Shown: positions 63,214 through 64,000 of the stretch, piece after piece
How the letters are laid out: each line of letters opens with the position of its first letter
Numbering within the stretch: position 1 is the stretch's first letter
DNA from: Trichosphaerium sp. ATCC 40318
Taxonomy: Eukaryota; Protista; Tubulinea
NCBI GenBank assembly: GCA_038496445.1
Contig: JALMLS010000539.1
Span: 1 to 64,000, forward strand
Direction: 5' to 3'
DNA: 64,000 nucleotides
The notes under the pieces: model-generated
What the model was told of the DNA's origin: nothing
The model's database searches: none
The model's input: only the letters and a program-made list of their open reading frames with translations
Translations under genes and position numbers: made by a program

Positions 63214-64000
63214 TTAATCATCGTCATCATCAAAGCTTGAACCTATTGAGAAAGTAAATAAACAAAAATCAAGCAAGACAAGAAAAAAAAAACTTGGTTC
63301 AATGAAAAATATTTCACGTACCCTTTTGTTGCTGTTGTACTGTAAGTGCTCTCTTAGTATCAAGCCACTTAAGTTCCCAATCAATTTCACGTTGCTTAGC
63401 CATTGGATCGCTATATTGCCAATGTCTAAACTCAGTTGGCATTTCCTCTGGTTGTCTAAAATCGGTAGGGAATGGTGAAGGGAAAATATTAGGCCTGTAA
63501 AGGCAATCAGATACTTCAACCCAACTTCCTTTTGGTCCAGGGATACTTCCTTTTACATATAATATATTTTTCTTGACATTCACTTTAATCAACTATAAAA
63601 ACGAAGGTGAGATACAACACAAACAAGAAAAAAAGAAAAAATTAAGAAAACCAAACAAATGGATAAACACAACTCATCACACAGTGATGCCACATGCGAT
63701 CTATACATGAAAATTTTACAGCATACATAGGTATCACACAATGTGTAGAGACTCATAAGGCCTTTCTGGATTGAAAAAAAAAAACTTCCGGAAAAAAGTA
63801 CCTTAATATGAGTCATTCTCTTTCCAACACCTCCATCATGTCCAGCCATACGTTTACCTTTCCATACTTTACCAGGCCACTGACAAGCACCAATACCACC
63901 GACTGCACGATGAGTTTTGGATACACCATGAGTAGCACGTTGACCGCTCATATTATGTCTTTGCATAACACCTTGAATACCAAAACTCTTGCTAACAAAA
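63214..64000 (-). CDS. MRPL3: Mitochondrial ribosomal protein L3, 3' part (5' end outside window)
   Basis: [70 protein letters not shown]. Confidence 0.93.

Overview
This is AT-rich, gene-dense eukaryotic nuclear DNA with many short (~35-60 nt) GT-AG introns, so the supplied ORF track fragments most genes. I rebuilt the models by hand. Gene content suggests a free-living amoeboid protist (inference). Housekeeping or recognisable genes are XPNPEP3/Icp55, RRP40, an ERI-type exonuclease, TMEM41, MRPL3, and LIM, RGS, AlkB, C2-arrestin and BBE-type oxidase genes. They are interleaved with fast-evolving accessory DNA: seven F-box genes (four F-box+LRR, two of them with 21-aa repeats varying mainly at predicted binding-face positions, plus one giant-virus-style F-box+MORN), three aegerolysin/Cry34-like paralogs (two as a recent inverted duplication), a piggyBac relic and an intact hAT-type MITE. 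The most unusual single genes are a sirtuin fused to two WH2/thymosin-like actin-binding motifs and lacking its Zn-binding domain, a stand-alone CaMKII hub domain, a tail-anchored PqqL/M16 protease with a dead HxxEH motif, and an N-myristoylated Ras without CaaX. There is also a ~285-nt structured ncRNA candidate and strong enrichment of CACGTG palindromes. Family assignments come from motif recognition only; no searches were run.
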